From NCBI GenBank assembly GCA_002633005.1, contig NMRA01000237.1, positions 124,001-188,000 on the forward strand: 64,000 nucleotides of DNA, read 5' to 3'. Shown here one piece after another: positions 36,006-48,556 of the stretch. Under the pieces are notes generated by a model, which was not told the DNA's origin, searched no databases, and saw only the letters and a list, made by a program, of their open reading frames with translations. A program made the translations under genes and the position numbers. The stretch comes from Phoronis australis (Eukaryota; Animalia; Phoronida). Numbering within the stretch: position 1 is the stretch's first letter; each line of letters starts with the position of its first letter.

Positions 36006-36451
36006 GTGAGCTTATAGTGATTGATAAGCAAGCACTGCCTTCATTTCCAAATAAGGTTGTCTATAAGATATTATAAGTAAAGTAAAATTAGCATTAGGTC
36101 TATAGCAAGTCTCGGCTATTTCACCCAAAAATAATAATTGCCAAAATTGCTACTTTTGTTTTAATTTGTCTTAGGCTGGCTATCATTCTAAATCATAACT
36201 TAATAAATTATTGTTTTCTGCTAATCTTTATTTTAACAATTGTTTTACGACAGATGAACAGTTCAATGTACATTAATAGGGGAGTGTAATTGTCTTCTTA
36301 TTCATTGTAGTTGAGGTAGTTGTAAAATAGAATTAATTATTGTTGTTACATTGTGAGCTAAGAATGAAGAAACTTTCGCAAATGATTAGTACGTAAAACT
36401 ATGTCAAATTCCTTGCCAATTGTAAAATACATATTTCTTTCTAATGTGCAG

Positions 36452-36595
36452 GTCACCGATTTAAGACGGCACATGACTTCCAATATGTCTCCCTTGACAT
36501 CTTGTACACATATTCAGAAGATGGTGGCAAGTACACATGTGTGGCCACCAACTTGTATGGACGAGATGAGACGTCGGCCATCTTGGAATGTAGCG
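36452..36595 (+). CDS. TTN: Titin-like exon: kettin-type Ig second half (HRFKTAHDFQYVSLDILYTYSEDGG)
   Basis: gcag|GT...AGCG|gtgagt; phase 1-1. Confidence 0.93.
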
Positions 36596-37315
36596 GTGAG
36601 TGGACAGAGTTGAAGATATTTTCTTCCAGTTGAAACAGAATTGTGCTGAAAACAGGTTCCTTGGTATAAAATGTTTGCAAATTTGTTGTAAGGAAAAACA
36701 TAAAGATGAGAACGTTTGCCTGCAAAATAAATTAATTCTAATTTTGCAAAAGGTAAGCCAGCTTTGGATTTTCAGTACTTACCAACTTGCGTTTTTGTCC
36801 CTGAGTAATTGTCATCACTAATCACAAGTCACTGAGGCTTTGTCCAATGACAGTTATCATTTTTGTATGCGAATAATCACTTAGATTCATGATCACACGT
36901 ATCTAAAATGAAAACCAGTTCAAAATAGAGCCGTCCTAAATTTCAAGATTAAAAGTAACGTTTCAGAGGGATCGTGGCAGGCTCCCCTTTTCATAGATGT
37001 CTGCAAGCGGTAGTCGCAGGTATTTGGATGATGGAAATCAGCACTAATTGTGATATGACATAAAGCAAATCAATCTTTTGTTCGGTAATACAGCAAGGAG
37101 TGCAGACATTGTTAATACTTTTCCCCTAGCCATAAGTAAAAGAAGTGGTCTTAAAAAGAAACACATGACTGCGATTTCGGTGTTCTGATTCCAGCCAGCT
37201 TGAGCGGTTCAATGCAGTTGTGGATTAGGACTCTAGCACCATATGTACAAGACAAGTATATCTGATTACTTTATTATCTGTCAATGACTTTGCTTATACA
37301 ATGTATTCCTCACAG

Positions 37316-37403
37316 CCAAGAGGTCTATTATCACTGAAACACAGCTGCCTGAGGGAATGGAGGGTGTTCAGAGGCTACAAGAGATGGAGGAATACTGGAG
37401 CAC
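37316..37403 (+). CDS. TTN: Titin-like exon: kettin-type linker (KRSIITETQLPEGMEGVQRLQEME)
   Basis: acag|CC...GCAC|gtgagt; phase 1-2. Confidence 0.9.
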
Positions 37404-37863
37404 GTGAGTTGGCGTTTACATCAACTATGGTAGTCTTGCACCATTTGCCTTTTCTTGCAAATGCCAGACAGTAGACTTCCTTTTATTTACCCAGAAGATT
37501 CATGACTCTGTGGAGTGTCCGAAGAAACAGAGCGTTTTGTTAACTTTAATTCCAACATTGTGCTTTGAATTGATCCAAATTGACATACATCAGTGTTTCC
37601 AACAAGTCCCGGTCTTTCTTCAAAAAATCTCATGTCCTAGAACTAGTCCAGCTGTACTTCTTACTTTTAATAAGCCATATAAAAGCATCATTTTGCTCTA
37701 CATGAATGGATCTTGTTGTTTTCAGATTCAAATCCTGAAGAAACTGCCAATTGCTAACCATTCTTTCTTCAAATTCCATGATCTTCCCAGGGATTTTGAC
37801 AACATGGCTTCAATAGCCTTTGCTTCCTTTAGGCTTTGCTCCACACATTTTGATTATTTCCAG

Positions 37864-38041
37864 GCCCCAACCAGTTCACGAGCTGCCGGAGGAGACTCCA
37901 GAGATGGCAGCTCCCTCTATTGACATCAAGCTGGAATCGGTCGTGGTAGAGGAGGGAGAGCCAGCCAAGTTCCTGATCAATTGCAGTGGCTACCCAAGGC
38001 CAAAGGTCATGTGGTACCTCAATGGCGGCATGATCGTCAAC
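37864..38041 (+). CDS. TTN: Titin-like exon: Z9-like Ig first half (GYPRPKVMWYLNG)
   Basis: ccag|G...AAC|gtaagt; phase 2-0. Confidence 0.92.
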
Positions 38042-38434
38042 GTAAGTAGTGCATTATTTGTTGCTCAATCTATACTGTCTTCAAACTGCCACAGCGACAC
38101 CTAGTGACCAGTATCTTTGATGAAAGTTGGAGGACGAGGGTAATTAAAAAAATCTCAGGCTGCAGCTTTCCTTCATTTTTCTCTGGAAGTTCCTCTCCTA
38201 AATAATGTTGCTTTTCCTTAAATAGTTGCAGCAACAGCTAGTGGTCGTTATTGCTGAGGAAGGGTGCAGGTTGCTCTCTTCCATCTTTCTCATGAAGTTT
38301 TGTTAGGCTGGAGGCACACTACCTGCATTTTTATTATATTTCACTGCCAACATCAAATTCTCCACTAATTCAAATACCCACTGCTTTCAACATGTACGTT
38401 TAAAAATCAACATTTAGCATTTTCTGTGTACCAG

Positions 38435-38621
38435 AGCCAACGGTTCAACCTGCGCTATGACGGTATGATGTACTGCCTGGAGATACCCCGCGTGAGAGAG
38501 TATGACACGGGTACCCTGCGGGTCGTTGCTAAGAACAAAAAGGGTCAAGCAGAGGACAGCACCACCATACAGGTAGTGCCACGTGAAGACTGGAGGGCTG
38601 GTCTCAGGACCACGGAGAAAC
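38435..38621 (+). CDS. TTN: Titin-like exon: Z9-like Ig second half (RFNLRYDG...YDTG...REDWRAGLR)
   Basis: ccag|AGC...AAAC|gtaagg; phase 0-1. Confidence 0.92.
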
Positions 38622-39817
38622 GTAAGGCGATTTCTATGGTTGATCTGAATTGTAATATTTTACACAATTTGATGCGTGTGTTGCTACAAGCCTGTTGTTG
38701 GCATAGTGCAAATTCAACGTACTGTGCTGACAAACACGAGTCTCATCTATGGAAATATTTCAATCCAGAAGCAAGAATGTATGAGGGATGAAAAGCTTTA
38801 ATTGCCCTTGGACACTTTTCATACCATTGATCTCAAAGCTTGCATAAACAAAAGGTCATGAACACCAACTGTAAGATTTCATTCTGTTCTGTTATAGTCC
38901 ATCATTGGTGAATTTTTCCATTCTATTCTGAGAGTGTCTTTTCAATACATATCACCTTCTGCAAAAGGCTTGAAGTTGTGCCATATATAGAATGGGATGT
39001 TACAGTATAGCTTATGCTTTTTTCAACGAAACTGTTTCGGTTGGATGGTAAATTTTCCTCTCTCGTTTTGTCAAATTTTTACTTGTTAGCTAACCTGAAG
39101 GCGTTACATGTGATGCATATTTTACACGCCGGTTAATATCTAGTGTAATTTGCTTTAAGACTAGTGCTTTGTTGATAGAGAACTGCTTGGGTTTATGCTT
39201 GGTGAAGGATGCTTTGTTGAGGTATTTTGAATTGCAGGGTATTACTTCCAGTGTAGGGCAAGCATCTGCGTTGAAAGTCCAGTGGAATATTGTACCTGTG
39301 GCCTTGTTAATACTGTGTGGTAGACTTAAGATTGCGTCATCGGCATATAATTATTTTTCTATGGTTCAGGGTAGCCAGTCTGCTTCTCTGAGGAATTTTA
39401 TGGGTGTTATGACTTTCACAATTCTTTTCTTATGAAAACATTTCTTTTAGCACAGGACTGTTCTTGTGCATTTTTGCTATTCATTCTTACAAATTAATGT
39501 TCTTATAAAGCACAGCTATTCCGAGATGTTGTGTATAGGCACTTTTGATACATCAAGTGTTTTCTCATCTCTTGAAAGAAAAAAATCTGTGGTGCATTTA
39601 AAAAACACGTTCTTGTGAGAAAAGCATTCTGGTGCATGAGAAAATTAATGTATGCATTGCTTGTAAGATAAGAATTGTATTGATAACTGCAAATAAATGC
39701 CCATGTGGTTCGTGAGCAAACTGGCTAAACTGAGATTGATGTTGACACTAACACCTCTGCACTAGCACTGCGCTCTTTAACTTTAGACTTAATCTTGTTG
39801 TTACTACTTTGTCTTAG

Positions 39818-39934
39818 CCTCAATTGACATTGAAATTGTAAAGAGAAAGCGGATGGACCTTAAAACAGCTGAACTCGACAAGGCTTTCAAGTCGAGGAAA
39901 TCTTCCTTGTCAGAGTTGAGAAAAGTAGAGAAAG
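39818..39934 (+). CDS. TTN: Titin-like exon: charged linker (SIDIEIVKRKRMDLK...LRKVEK)
   Basis: ttag|CC...AAAG|gtttgt; 117 nt, phase 1-1. Confidence 0.75.
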
Positions 39935-40687
39935 GTTTGTATGTGGTTAGCGAAGAGAGGAGCACAGTGTGATAACAGTGATATAGAAATCACTTGAGAC
40001 AACGCCGGGGTTGTGTTCCGTAGACCCAAGACACTCACTCTTGTGGCGAGGTATAGAGGCAGTGAATTCTATCTCATAATTTACTCTGACCTCACCGACC
40101 AATTTCTTCACTGGCCGTCATTTTGTTAGCCTAAGGGTGTTCTGGTAAGCTCACAGTCAGCTCCGGAAAGACGCTTTCCTTTCGCTTGCCTTATTTTGTG
40201 TCACGGTGGTCCTGCAGGCTTTTCCTTTTGGGCGAGTTGCTTGTGCCTACGGAACTCTGTTTTGATCTTTCTATGTTTATTTAAGTTGCCTAATTTTCAT
40301 CGTATGGTCGACAATGCAGTTCTGCACAAGGTTAAGTGACATGATCATTGTTCCGGTCTTTTTGCCAAGTAGCATTTTAACACAAAGACGCACACTGTAA
40401 CTATTTTGTGGTTTCATTAACTGTTTATTTATCTACCGATTGATATAGATTCATGCACAACTGAAACCATTTCACAAAAGTAACCATTCATTGTTCAAGC
40501 CTCACGCAAAACTAAATAACTTGTTTAACCTTGTTCCCAGTACGAAATTCACCACTTTCATATCACGGCCATTGTTTCTATTATAAGCTAGATTTGCTTG
40601 GACCCACAGATGGATCCACTGATGGATCCACTGATCTCTGGGGGTTTCATCACATGGTGACACGTGATTCTTCATGATATTTTACAG

Positions 40688-41064
40688 AAACTCAAGAGCG
40701 TGCAAAGCAGCAGGAGCAACTAGAGAAGGAAGCCCCGACGAAGGTCTACGAGGAAGTACACAGCCAACTGCAGCACGTCGAGGCAACGACCGAGCTGCAG
40801 AAGCTAGAACCAAAGATGGAGACTGTCAGCGAGCTACATGTGGAGAGATCCAGGCTGCGTCTAGACAGCCAACCGGACGCCGCCGATGGAGCGAAGCGAG
40901 CTCCGGAGCGTAAAGAGCCACCGTACTTCACCTCGACTCTAGTGCCAGCACGTGTGAATGAAGGTCAATCGGCCACTTTCACGGTTGAGTACTCTGGCAT
41001 GCCGGCACCTGATGTCACGTGGTACCGAGAAGGATTCCAGATTCTGCCATCACAAGACTTTCAG
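40688..41064 (+). CDS. TTN: Titin-like exon: E/Q-rich linker and Ig first half
   Basis: acag|AA...CAG|gtgaaa; phase 1-0. Confidence 0.9.
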
Positions 41065-41401
41065 GTGAAATACAACAACACCATTTTTGGTCATAAATAA
41101 TTCTGAAAACTGACGTTTTTTTCATTTTTTTCAAATGCTCCTTACGAGATGCCTGCACTTAAGTGAAAAACTTGAAAATGATAAAGTGTTTGTTGAGAGC
41201 TGTCACTTTTGAAATAGTGAAAAAATATTTCACTTGTCTGCCATACTGCGTCCTTAAATGATGAGATTTAATAGTGCTTTTGGCGAGAGGAAAATTTAAT
41301 TCGTTCTTTTCATGGAGATTAGAGAATTATGCGAGGTGCGTCATACTCAGGATTTTTTCACGTGTTCTGCAAACTGAACCGTTTCCCTTACTTCTCTTTA
41401 G

Positions 41402-41668
41402 GTGATGACGGGACCCCATAAGAGCACCCTTGTCATTCCGGAGGTGTTCCGTGAGGATGAGGGCATGTTCACCGTCAAGGCGTACAACCCCTACGGCATG
41501 ATCCAGAGCAAAGCCAAACTAATCGTCAAGGCAACGGAGGTGAAGGAGGAGGCCGTGGCCCCTGTGTTCCGTAGCATGCTGCAGGACGCCAAAGCCATGG
41601 TTGGAGAGCCAGTTTCCTTGGCCTGCCAGATCTGTGGCAAGCCCACACCACAAGTGTTCTGGAAGAAG
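41402..41668 (+). CDS. TTN: Titin-like exon: Ig end and next Ig start
   Basis: ttag|GTG...AAG|gtatgt; phase 0-0. Confidence 0.93.
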
Positions 41669-41972
41669 GTATGTAGTGCCTTTGTTTTGTTTTGTTTGGT
41701 TTTTTTTTTTTTTTGTTTAGAAGTCAAATGGACTTGAATGTGCTGTGGTGTTTTACTTCTGTATGGAATTTCTTATTTTCCCTGGATTAAAATTGCTTCT
41801 CTGGCTTTGTTCATCCTAAATCTGATTGGTTGTTATACCTTAAGGAAGTAGGTTGTTATAGCTTCAGTTGATGAAAAGTGGTTAATTGTTTTTTATTGTT
41901 TTTCACCATTGTTAAACTGAAAGTCATATTTTTGAACCTTGCATGTGACGGTAGTTCATATTTTCCTCACAG

Positions 41973-42138
41973 GATGGCGTTCAGCTGAAGGAGAGTCCTC
42001 GGTGGAAGTTCCTGTCGGAGGAAGAACACTACACTCTTTTGATCTTTGAAGTCCGACCTGAGGATGCCGGCGTCTACGAATGTACGGCCGTCACGCCAGC
42101 TGGACGCACCATGTGCACCGCCAAACTGGAGATTCAAC
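41973..42138 (+). CDS. TTN: Titin-like exon: Ig second half (EDAGVYECTA)
   Basis: acag|GAT...CAAC|gtaagt; phase 0-1. Confidence 0.92.
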
Positions 42139-42475
42139 GTAAGTTGACCAATTATAAACTGGAACCCGTACCTGGAACCGGTACAGTTTGAAGTGTGGTG
42201 TAATTTGTTGATAAAATGCTGTGATTTTCTGGAATGGGAGTTGCCGAACGTGTATGGCAGACTTTGTGGAGTTGGTTTGTTCGAAACTGTAGATTTATTC
42301 CTGGCTTCCATGAGTACACTGACATCTGTTGGTTTTAATGGGAACCTCTAGTCCAGCTTCATGTAGTGTTACATAGCCAACAACAGTGATAAGCCAAGAA
42401 TCAATGCTAGCAGTCATCCTCTAAGTTTCACCTTGTCACCATGATTGCATCCTTGTCACATTTTATGATTGACAG

Positions 42476-42631
42476 CCCTGAAGAAGGAAGCTCCGCCCAC
42501 TCTACCAAAACCCAAACCAGCTCCGGTGGAGGAACCTAAGGAGAAGCCCACTGTAATGCAGCCACTGAAGGATCAGGGGATAGAGGAGGGCAAACCAGCT
42601 GTGTTCACCTGTGTCATACATGGCAAACCAG
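42476..42631 (+). CDS. TTN: Titin-like exon: PEK linker and Ig start
   Basis: acag|CC...CCAG|gtaaat; phase 1-1. Confidence 0.9.
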
Positions 42632-43053
42632 GTAAATCAGGATCTTTGAAAGTGCAGTAGAGACTGTCTCATATCCACATTTGATGATTGTGTGCAGTGC
42701 GCATGGTAGTGAGGACAAAAATAGATTGATGTTTTTTTGACTTTGAGGGACCACTTTAGTTTATTCAATACTCTGTTCATAATTTGTGATGTCAAATTAA
42801 CTGTCACACTTGCAGCTTGTTATTGCTGTTGTTTGTTGTATAAAATTCAAGGACTAGATATTTCACCTTTTGTATTAATGGCTCGTGACTCTGTTGTTGA
42901 CTTGTGATCTTAAATTGTTGTAGCTAGAGTATTCACAGTCACACTTGTAAGCTTGTAAAGTGTTATTGTTTGTAGTCCTACAAAATTCAAGTTCTTGTTG
43001 TATCATGGTTTATGAATCTTTTGTATGTTCATGTCATAATAATTCTTTTTCAG

Positions 43054-43242
43054 CTCCCATGATCACGTGGTTTGTGGACAACCAAGCCATTAAGCCATCC
43101 AAGTATTTCAAGATGGAGTCTGCAGGTGACCAACACACGTTGAAGATTGCAGAGGCTTTCCCCGAGGACGAGGGAACGTATCGCTGTATGGCTGTCAACC
43201 CCGCTGGAGAGGTCTCGACTATGGCTGCATTGAAGGTGAAAC
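43054..43242 (+). CDS. TTN: Titin-like exon: Ig (IKPSKYFKM...EAFPEDEGTYRC)
   Basis: tcag|CT...AAAC|gtaagt; phase 1-1. Confidence 0.93.
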
Positions 43243-43637
43243 GTAAGTATTTTTAAGGATACTTTTAGGTAAAGAATTACTACTAAACATTTATTTTGCA
43301 CAAATTAAAGTAATTGCCAAAATTGTCATTTTCCTTCCCATTGATGGAAAATTTCCCAAAAGTTGTTATATGACATCTACACTGTACAAACTATGCTAGA
43401 CTTAACATTTTCTTTCTCTTTTTTGGAGGAGTTTGACAAAATGGAATTTCACTTGTCGGCCATAGGCTTAAAAAGTCTAGAATTTTTGTTATAGACATAT
43501 CATGAGTTACCTGGTCATAGTAGCTGATGCTGCTGGCACCATTTTGTATTCTAGCTCTTGTATACTTGCCAATTGTTTATCACTTCGCACTGTGCTCATA
43601 TTGGATGTGGTTTAATTCGCATCACGACCGCTTTCAG

Positions 43638-43828
43638 CCATCTTTGCACCAGAGCCAGAGCCCGTGGTGGAGCCAACTGTACCGCCTAGGTTCACCAGGC
43701 CCATCTCAAACCTGGAGATGCCTGAAGGCCAGGAAGCACGCTTCGTGGCCGCCGTCTCTGGGAAGCCAGAGCCTGAAGTCATCTGGATGAGAGAGAAGGA
43801 CGTTATCAGGCCATCTCCTGATTTCATG
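43638..43828 (+). CDS. TTN: Titin-like exon: Ig first half
   Basis: ttcag|CC...ATG|gtagga; phase 1-0. Confidence 0.92.
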
Positions 43829-44362
43829 GTAGGATTTCTTTGGAGTGTTCGTGAGCACCATTTTGAGAAGTTTGGACCATGTTGTTTCTTACATGATTTT
43901 AATGTCATTATGTGATTTTTGTCAAATATCGGTACTAACATATTGACAAAATTCATTTCTGACAAAAACCAGCAACTGTTGATCTGCATTGTTTTGATTT
44001 TTTGAAGTAAATAGGGTCAATTGTGGGTCCTTTAAAGGCCTTGTCACCCCAACCTTGTTCTCAGAACTTCTAAGCTCATCTCCAAGCGAAAAGAAACCAT
44101 TTTTACTGTTACTTTTAATAGAAATGCATGTCCGTGGTTACCCTGTAGAGACATTGTCCTGTGTTAATTAATGTTCTGATCATTTTCACTGACAAATTTT
44201 GTCTCACTCATTCAACAAAACCGACTTTAATGTGACTTATATGTGCAAAAAGCTCCAAAACAGCTGTGACAACTGAGACTTCCCTGTGACATTTTGCCAT
44301 AATGATTAAACACAGTCAAATGCATTGTCTGATATTGAGCAACGTTTAGACCATCATTCATC

Positions 44363-44477
44363 TTTTTGCCATTGTCAAGATGGTGCTGAGAACTACCTTT
44401 TTGCCATTGTCAAGATGGTGCTGAGAACTACCTTGTTGCCATTGTCAAGATGGTGCTGAGAACTACCTTGTTGCCAT
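44363..44477. repeat. 35-bp tandem repeat x3 (TTGCCATTGTCAAGATGGTGCTGAGAACTACCTTK)
   Basis: TTGCC recurs at 44366, 44401, 44436 and 44471. Confidence 0.9.
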
Positions 44478-44718
44478 AATGTCCATAGTTGCTCACAAAT
44501 AAGTAGCGCGTGACTTTTGAGCTCATTTGGAAGCTGATCTCTTTCTAGGATAAATGACTTTCTGCAACTGTCAGCGTTTACTTTGCTTGAAATTCCTTGC
44601 TGGCTATGGATATTGGTGAGGTCTGTTTAATGCACCAAACTCAAATACTTATTGTTGAAGTCACTCTTAATTTCTGTTTTCACTCTTGGTAATCTCAACG
44701 CCAATTCACTCTTTTCAG

Positions 44719-44848
44719 ATCACGAAAAAAGGTGAACTGTGTACGCTGGTTATCCGTGAAGCGTTCCCCGAGGACTCCGGTATCTTCACATGCCAGGCGA
44801 GGAACGACGCAGGCTTCGCTGAGTGCTCAGCTGAGCTCTCAGTGCAAG
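44719..44848 (+). CDS. TTN: Titin-like exon: Ig second half (EAFPEDSGIFTC)
   Basis: ttcag|ATC...CAAG|gtattc; phase 0-1. Confidence 0.92.
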
Positions 44849-45231
44849 GTATTCACGAATGCATGCAGTATGTCATCCTCGGAGTCGAACAAGATTTCAT
44901 TGCCATGCCAAGTTATGTTTATTAACTGCTGGATATCGTTACTGGTGTTTGATGATTGTCTGTGCTCGTTCGCATGAGTGTCTGTGATATTTCCATGTGT
45001 TAGCAGTGTGCATGTGTTTGTGTGTGTGTGTGCGTGTGTGCGTGTGTATGTATTAAAATGTGAATGCATTTTCATGTCAGTATGTGTTGACCTTGTTTTG
45101 TATGAGTCTCAATTACTGTACAGTTACTAGTCCTTGTCTGTGAAGTGCGTGTGCGAGTGCCTTGTTACTGTTCTGTTCTGTTATGTTCTTTGTAATCATT
45201 CCAGATCTTTTTGTTTCTGTGCCTACAATAT

Positions 45232-45377
45232 TGCATTGACTGGGATTGTTGCTATGCATTGACTAGGATTGTTGCTATGCATTGACTAGGATTGTTGCTA
45301 TGCATTGACTAGGATTGTTGCTATGCATTGACTAGGATTGTTGCTATGCATTGACTAGGATTGTTGCTATGCATTGA
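45232..45377. repeat. 23-bp tandem repeat x6.3 (TGCATTGACTAGGATTGTTGCTA)
   Basis: Near-identical units read directly. Confidence 0.93.
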
Positions 45378-46015
45378 ACACGCCTGATTTTTGTACTCGG
45401 GTTTTAGACTTTCTAATTGTGCACGTATAATAATTGTTATGTATTTTCATAACCATTTGAATGTTTTGTGATTTTGGTTAGCAATACCTGTGTGTTAACA
45501 AGTTGAAAGTTATATATTAATGTGTGATAATGCCCATTATGTATTGTTACTAAGGTTACTGGCAGACATGTATTGTTACTAAGGTTACTGGCAGACATGT
45601 ATTGTGGTTGTGAGTCTCATTTTTGTAATCTTTATTGTTGACTTTGTATCTCCAGCTTGTTTTAGTTGTTTGTGGTCTTTGTAGACATTTTACTGACTAG
45701 ATCAACTGGTGTTCAGCTGCAGCATATTGTCGTCTCAAATTTGTGTACTTTCAATCCCTCAACCACATTGTCTGTCCATATGGAAATATTGGATTTGTTT
45801 ACATTTTGTTCAAAACTGCATTTTTTCCACAAAACCTCTGTTCCTGTTACTTTACTCTGCAAAAATGTTATCCTATTAATTTTATTGTTCTTTTTCGCTA
45901 TCTGCTTCTAAATTCTTACAAAAATCTCAACTTTCAAAGTGTTTTCCCTTTGGTCTAATCTTGCGTCCCTAAGTAGTACTAACTACTAGCATAGTAGCAT
46001 TAGTTCCACTCACAG

Positions 46016-46091
46016 CCAACAGAGGGACCGGAAGCATGTAGCTTGGTGGTGCATGGCACAATGACGGCATTAACTGCATGGCTTTGACAAT
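46016..46091 (+). CDS. Candidate stop-containing exon (adds ANRGTGSM*; TAG at 46039-46041)
   Basis: TACTAAC at 45977-45983, cacag| acceptor, |gtaagt donor at 46092; entered at phase 1 from 44848. Confidence 0.5.
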
Positions 46092-46115
46092 GTAAGTACA
46101 TGTTTACTTTTCGAC

Positions 46116-46408
46116 TTTTTAGCTTTCCTAAATTTCCAAGATGTTGAAGTTATAACCAAGGCTTTTTTTAACAAGCGTATTATAATTATACATTAATAGC
46201 GTTATTATTTATTAGAAGTAATTTTGACATTTGATATTTGATTGTCATAGAAAGAAATTGTTGGGGTTTTTAGCTTTCATAAATTTCTAAGATGTAGAAG
46301 TTATAACCGAGGCTTCTTTTTAACAAGTCTATTATAATTACACATTAATAGTGTTATTACTGGTAGTATTTTCTGAGATTTGATATTTGATTGTCATAGA
46401 AAGAAATT
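46116..46408. repeat. ~150-bp tandem duplication
   Basis: TTTTTAGCTTTC.TAAATTTC.AAGATGT.GAAGTTATAACC...TTTGATATTTGATTGTCATAGAAAGAAATT occurs twice. Confidence 0.85.
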
Positions 46409-46897
46409 ATGTTCTTTCACAACATCTAAGAGTACTCTCGAAGTCACTGATTTTGCCTTAAAGTTTCACATCCGTGTATCTGGCTTCACTTTTTTGCCAT
46501 TTGAAATGTTGTAGGTGTTTTGAAAACTGGTAAATCTGACTGATCTGTAACCCAATTGGTGTCTAAGAAGCACAAACTAGATAGTCGATTACTTTTTGAG
46601 AGCAGCTTTTCTTTGGGGATCAAGAAGGACGATTGCGGTTATGGATAGCACTGTCTCATTGTCTTATTGTTTTGGCACGCCATAGATTGACTTGGCTTGT
46701 GCACTTGATAACCCATTTTGAGTTCTCATTTTAACCATCTAAATACCACTTAAGTATGCATTGGTGTGTGTTAAAGAAACTTGAGTTGTGGAGCTAATTC
46801 CCAGCATTTGACTAAATATTACTTAGTTAAATTAAAAAATTCTATGTTTTATAATACATGCACAAGAAACTCAGTGTGTTTCATACTTTTCTTGCAG

Positions 46898-47042
46898 AAG
46901 TGGCTGATGGACAGCCAGAAGTGTTTGCGCCAACAGAGGCCTTGCCTCAACAGGTTGAGGTCCAAGAGCCTATCATGGTGCCACCAGAGTTTGCTAGAGC
47001 CCTCTCACCACAGAAGGAATTTGTTCCTGGTGAAGAAGCAAG
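46898..47042 (+). CDS. TTN: Titin-like exon: linker and Ig A strand
   Basis: tgcag|AA...GCAAG|gtaacc; phase 1-2. Confidence 0.88.
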
Positions 47043-47777
47043 GTAACCCATTGAAATTCATACGCGTGGCTTAAAATGAGATGTCAATGATACTCCTTTC
47101 AATCTTGTTTTCATGTTTTGTCTGCTTTACTTTGCTACATGGTTCTACAGAAGGTCTCCAAGGAACTGTTAGTCTGTTAGGTACAAAAGTTGAAGGTTGA
47201 AAAATTATTATAATGTCAAATTGTTGAAGAACTGTTTAAGAAGTTGTACTGTCCAGTGAATTTGTAAAACAGTTCTTTTTAACCAATAGCTGCAACTGAA
47301 TAGTTTGTTACTTAAAGCCTAACTTCAACTGAATTTTGTTATTTGGCTAACCAGGTGGTCCTTGCTAGCAAAGCCTAAGCAATATAAGAAAATGCAAGTT
47401 TAATCCATCCTATGCAAATGTAAGCCCGTCAAATGATTGGTGGAGCTGCCTTTTTGTGCCATATGGGTCACCATGAGATCCCTGCACTAACTACAGTTGT
47501 GTTGAATAAGAGTCTGAGTAGTACACCATTGAGTGCGGGTGTAATTCACAGCTGTTTGAATCAAAAGGTATTTCTCGCGGTGACATAGACAAAAGCAAGT
47601 CAATATGCCTAATAGTTCATTACATTTGCCAAGTTATGGGACTAGTGAGCTCAGACCAATGCTCTTAATGTACTGTAGGAACCAAATTTACAGTTGTTAC
47701 CATTCAAGATAGGCTTTAGCTTTGGCATTAGTGGCATTAGTAGAAAACATTTTCGGAGTTAGTAACTATTCTTCTAG

Positions 47778-47995
47778 GCTTGTCTGTGAAATTGAGGCCT
47801 ACCCACCACCAAAGATCACGTGGTATGTGAACGGCTGTACCATTGAGCCGTCCGAAAAGCATCAAATCCTGTTGGAGAATCGTGTCATCACTCTCATCAT
47901 ACAGAACGTCCAGCCCGATGACGAGGGTGAATACATGCTCAAAGCTGAGAATGAGCTGGGTGAAACTACCTGCCGTACGACTCTTATCTGTAAAC
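47778..47995 (+). CDS. TTN: Titin-like exon: Ig body (218 nt)
   Basis: ctag|G CTT...AAAC|gtaagt; phase 2-1. Confidence 0.92.
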
Positions 47996-48556
47996 GTAAG
48001 TACATAGTGTTGCATGAGCTTTCCTCCGTGCTATTACACTCTGGTAAATCTAGGGTGTTGTATGAAGGTCTCATCCACAATTGTTGAAGGAAAAATGTCC
48101 CATGGTCCTTAAAAACGAAAGGCCAACATTTTTTTGGTCTTGTCCTAAGCGTATAGTAGTTACTCTGTCTTCCTGTCTTACATTGAAGTTGACTACTTTT
48201 TCCTCAGGCTCGGCTCACTAATCATGCTCTGAGCTCAGAGGACAGTATAATAAGGCCTGCCAGTCAAAGCTCCTGTAAATTGAAGGTGATGAAGACTTTC
48301 AGTGTGGTTCATCTTCAGATTTAAATAGAGCACTGTGGAATAGTCATTATGAACTCGCAATCTGCGTTATGAATGCCTGCAATCTGCTCCATTGTCCCAA
48401 CTTAGACACCGTTGTGCTATGCTGTTGCACTTTAGTTAGTGTTCCCCAGAAACTTTTGACATAATCTGTTTCATTGTCTCATTACATGTTGTGTTTGTTC
48501 TTTTAGTATAATTACGAATATGAACAGTGATTTTAATTTGATTAATTGTACCACAG

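Noticed and set aside
44849-45057. Read-through of the weak donor to a stop at 44923-25 with ATTAAA near 45052 as an alternative 3' end
   Set aside because: Short open read-throughs and ATTAAA are common in these AT-rich introns; there is no distinguishing evidence
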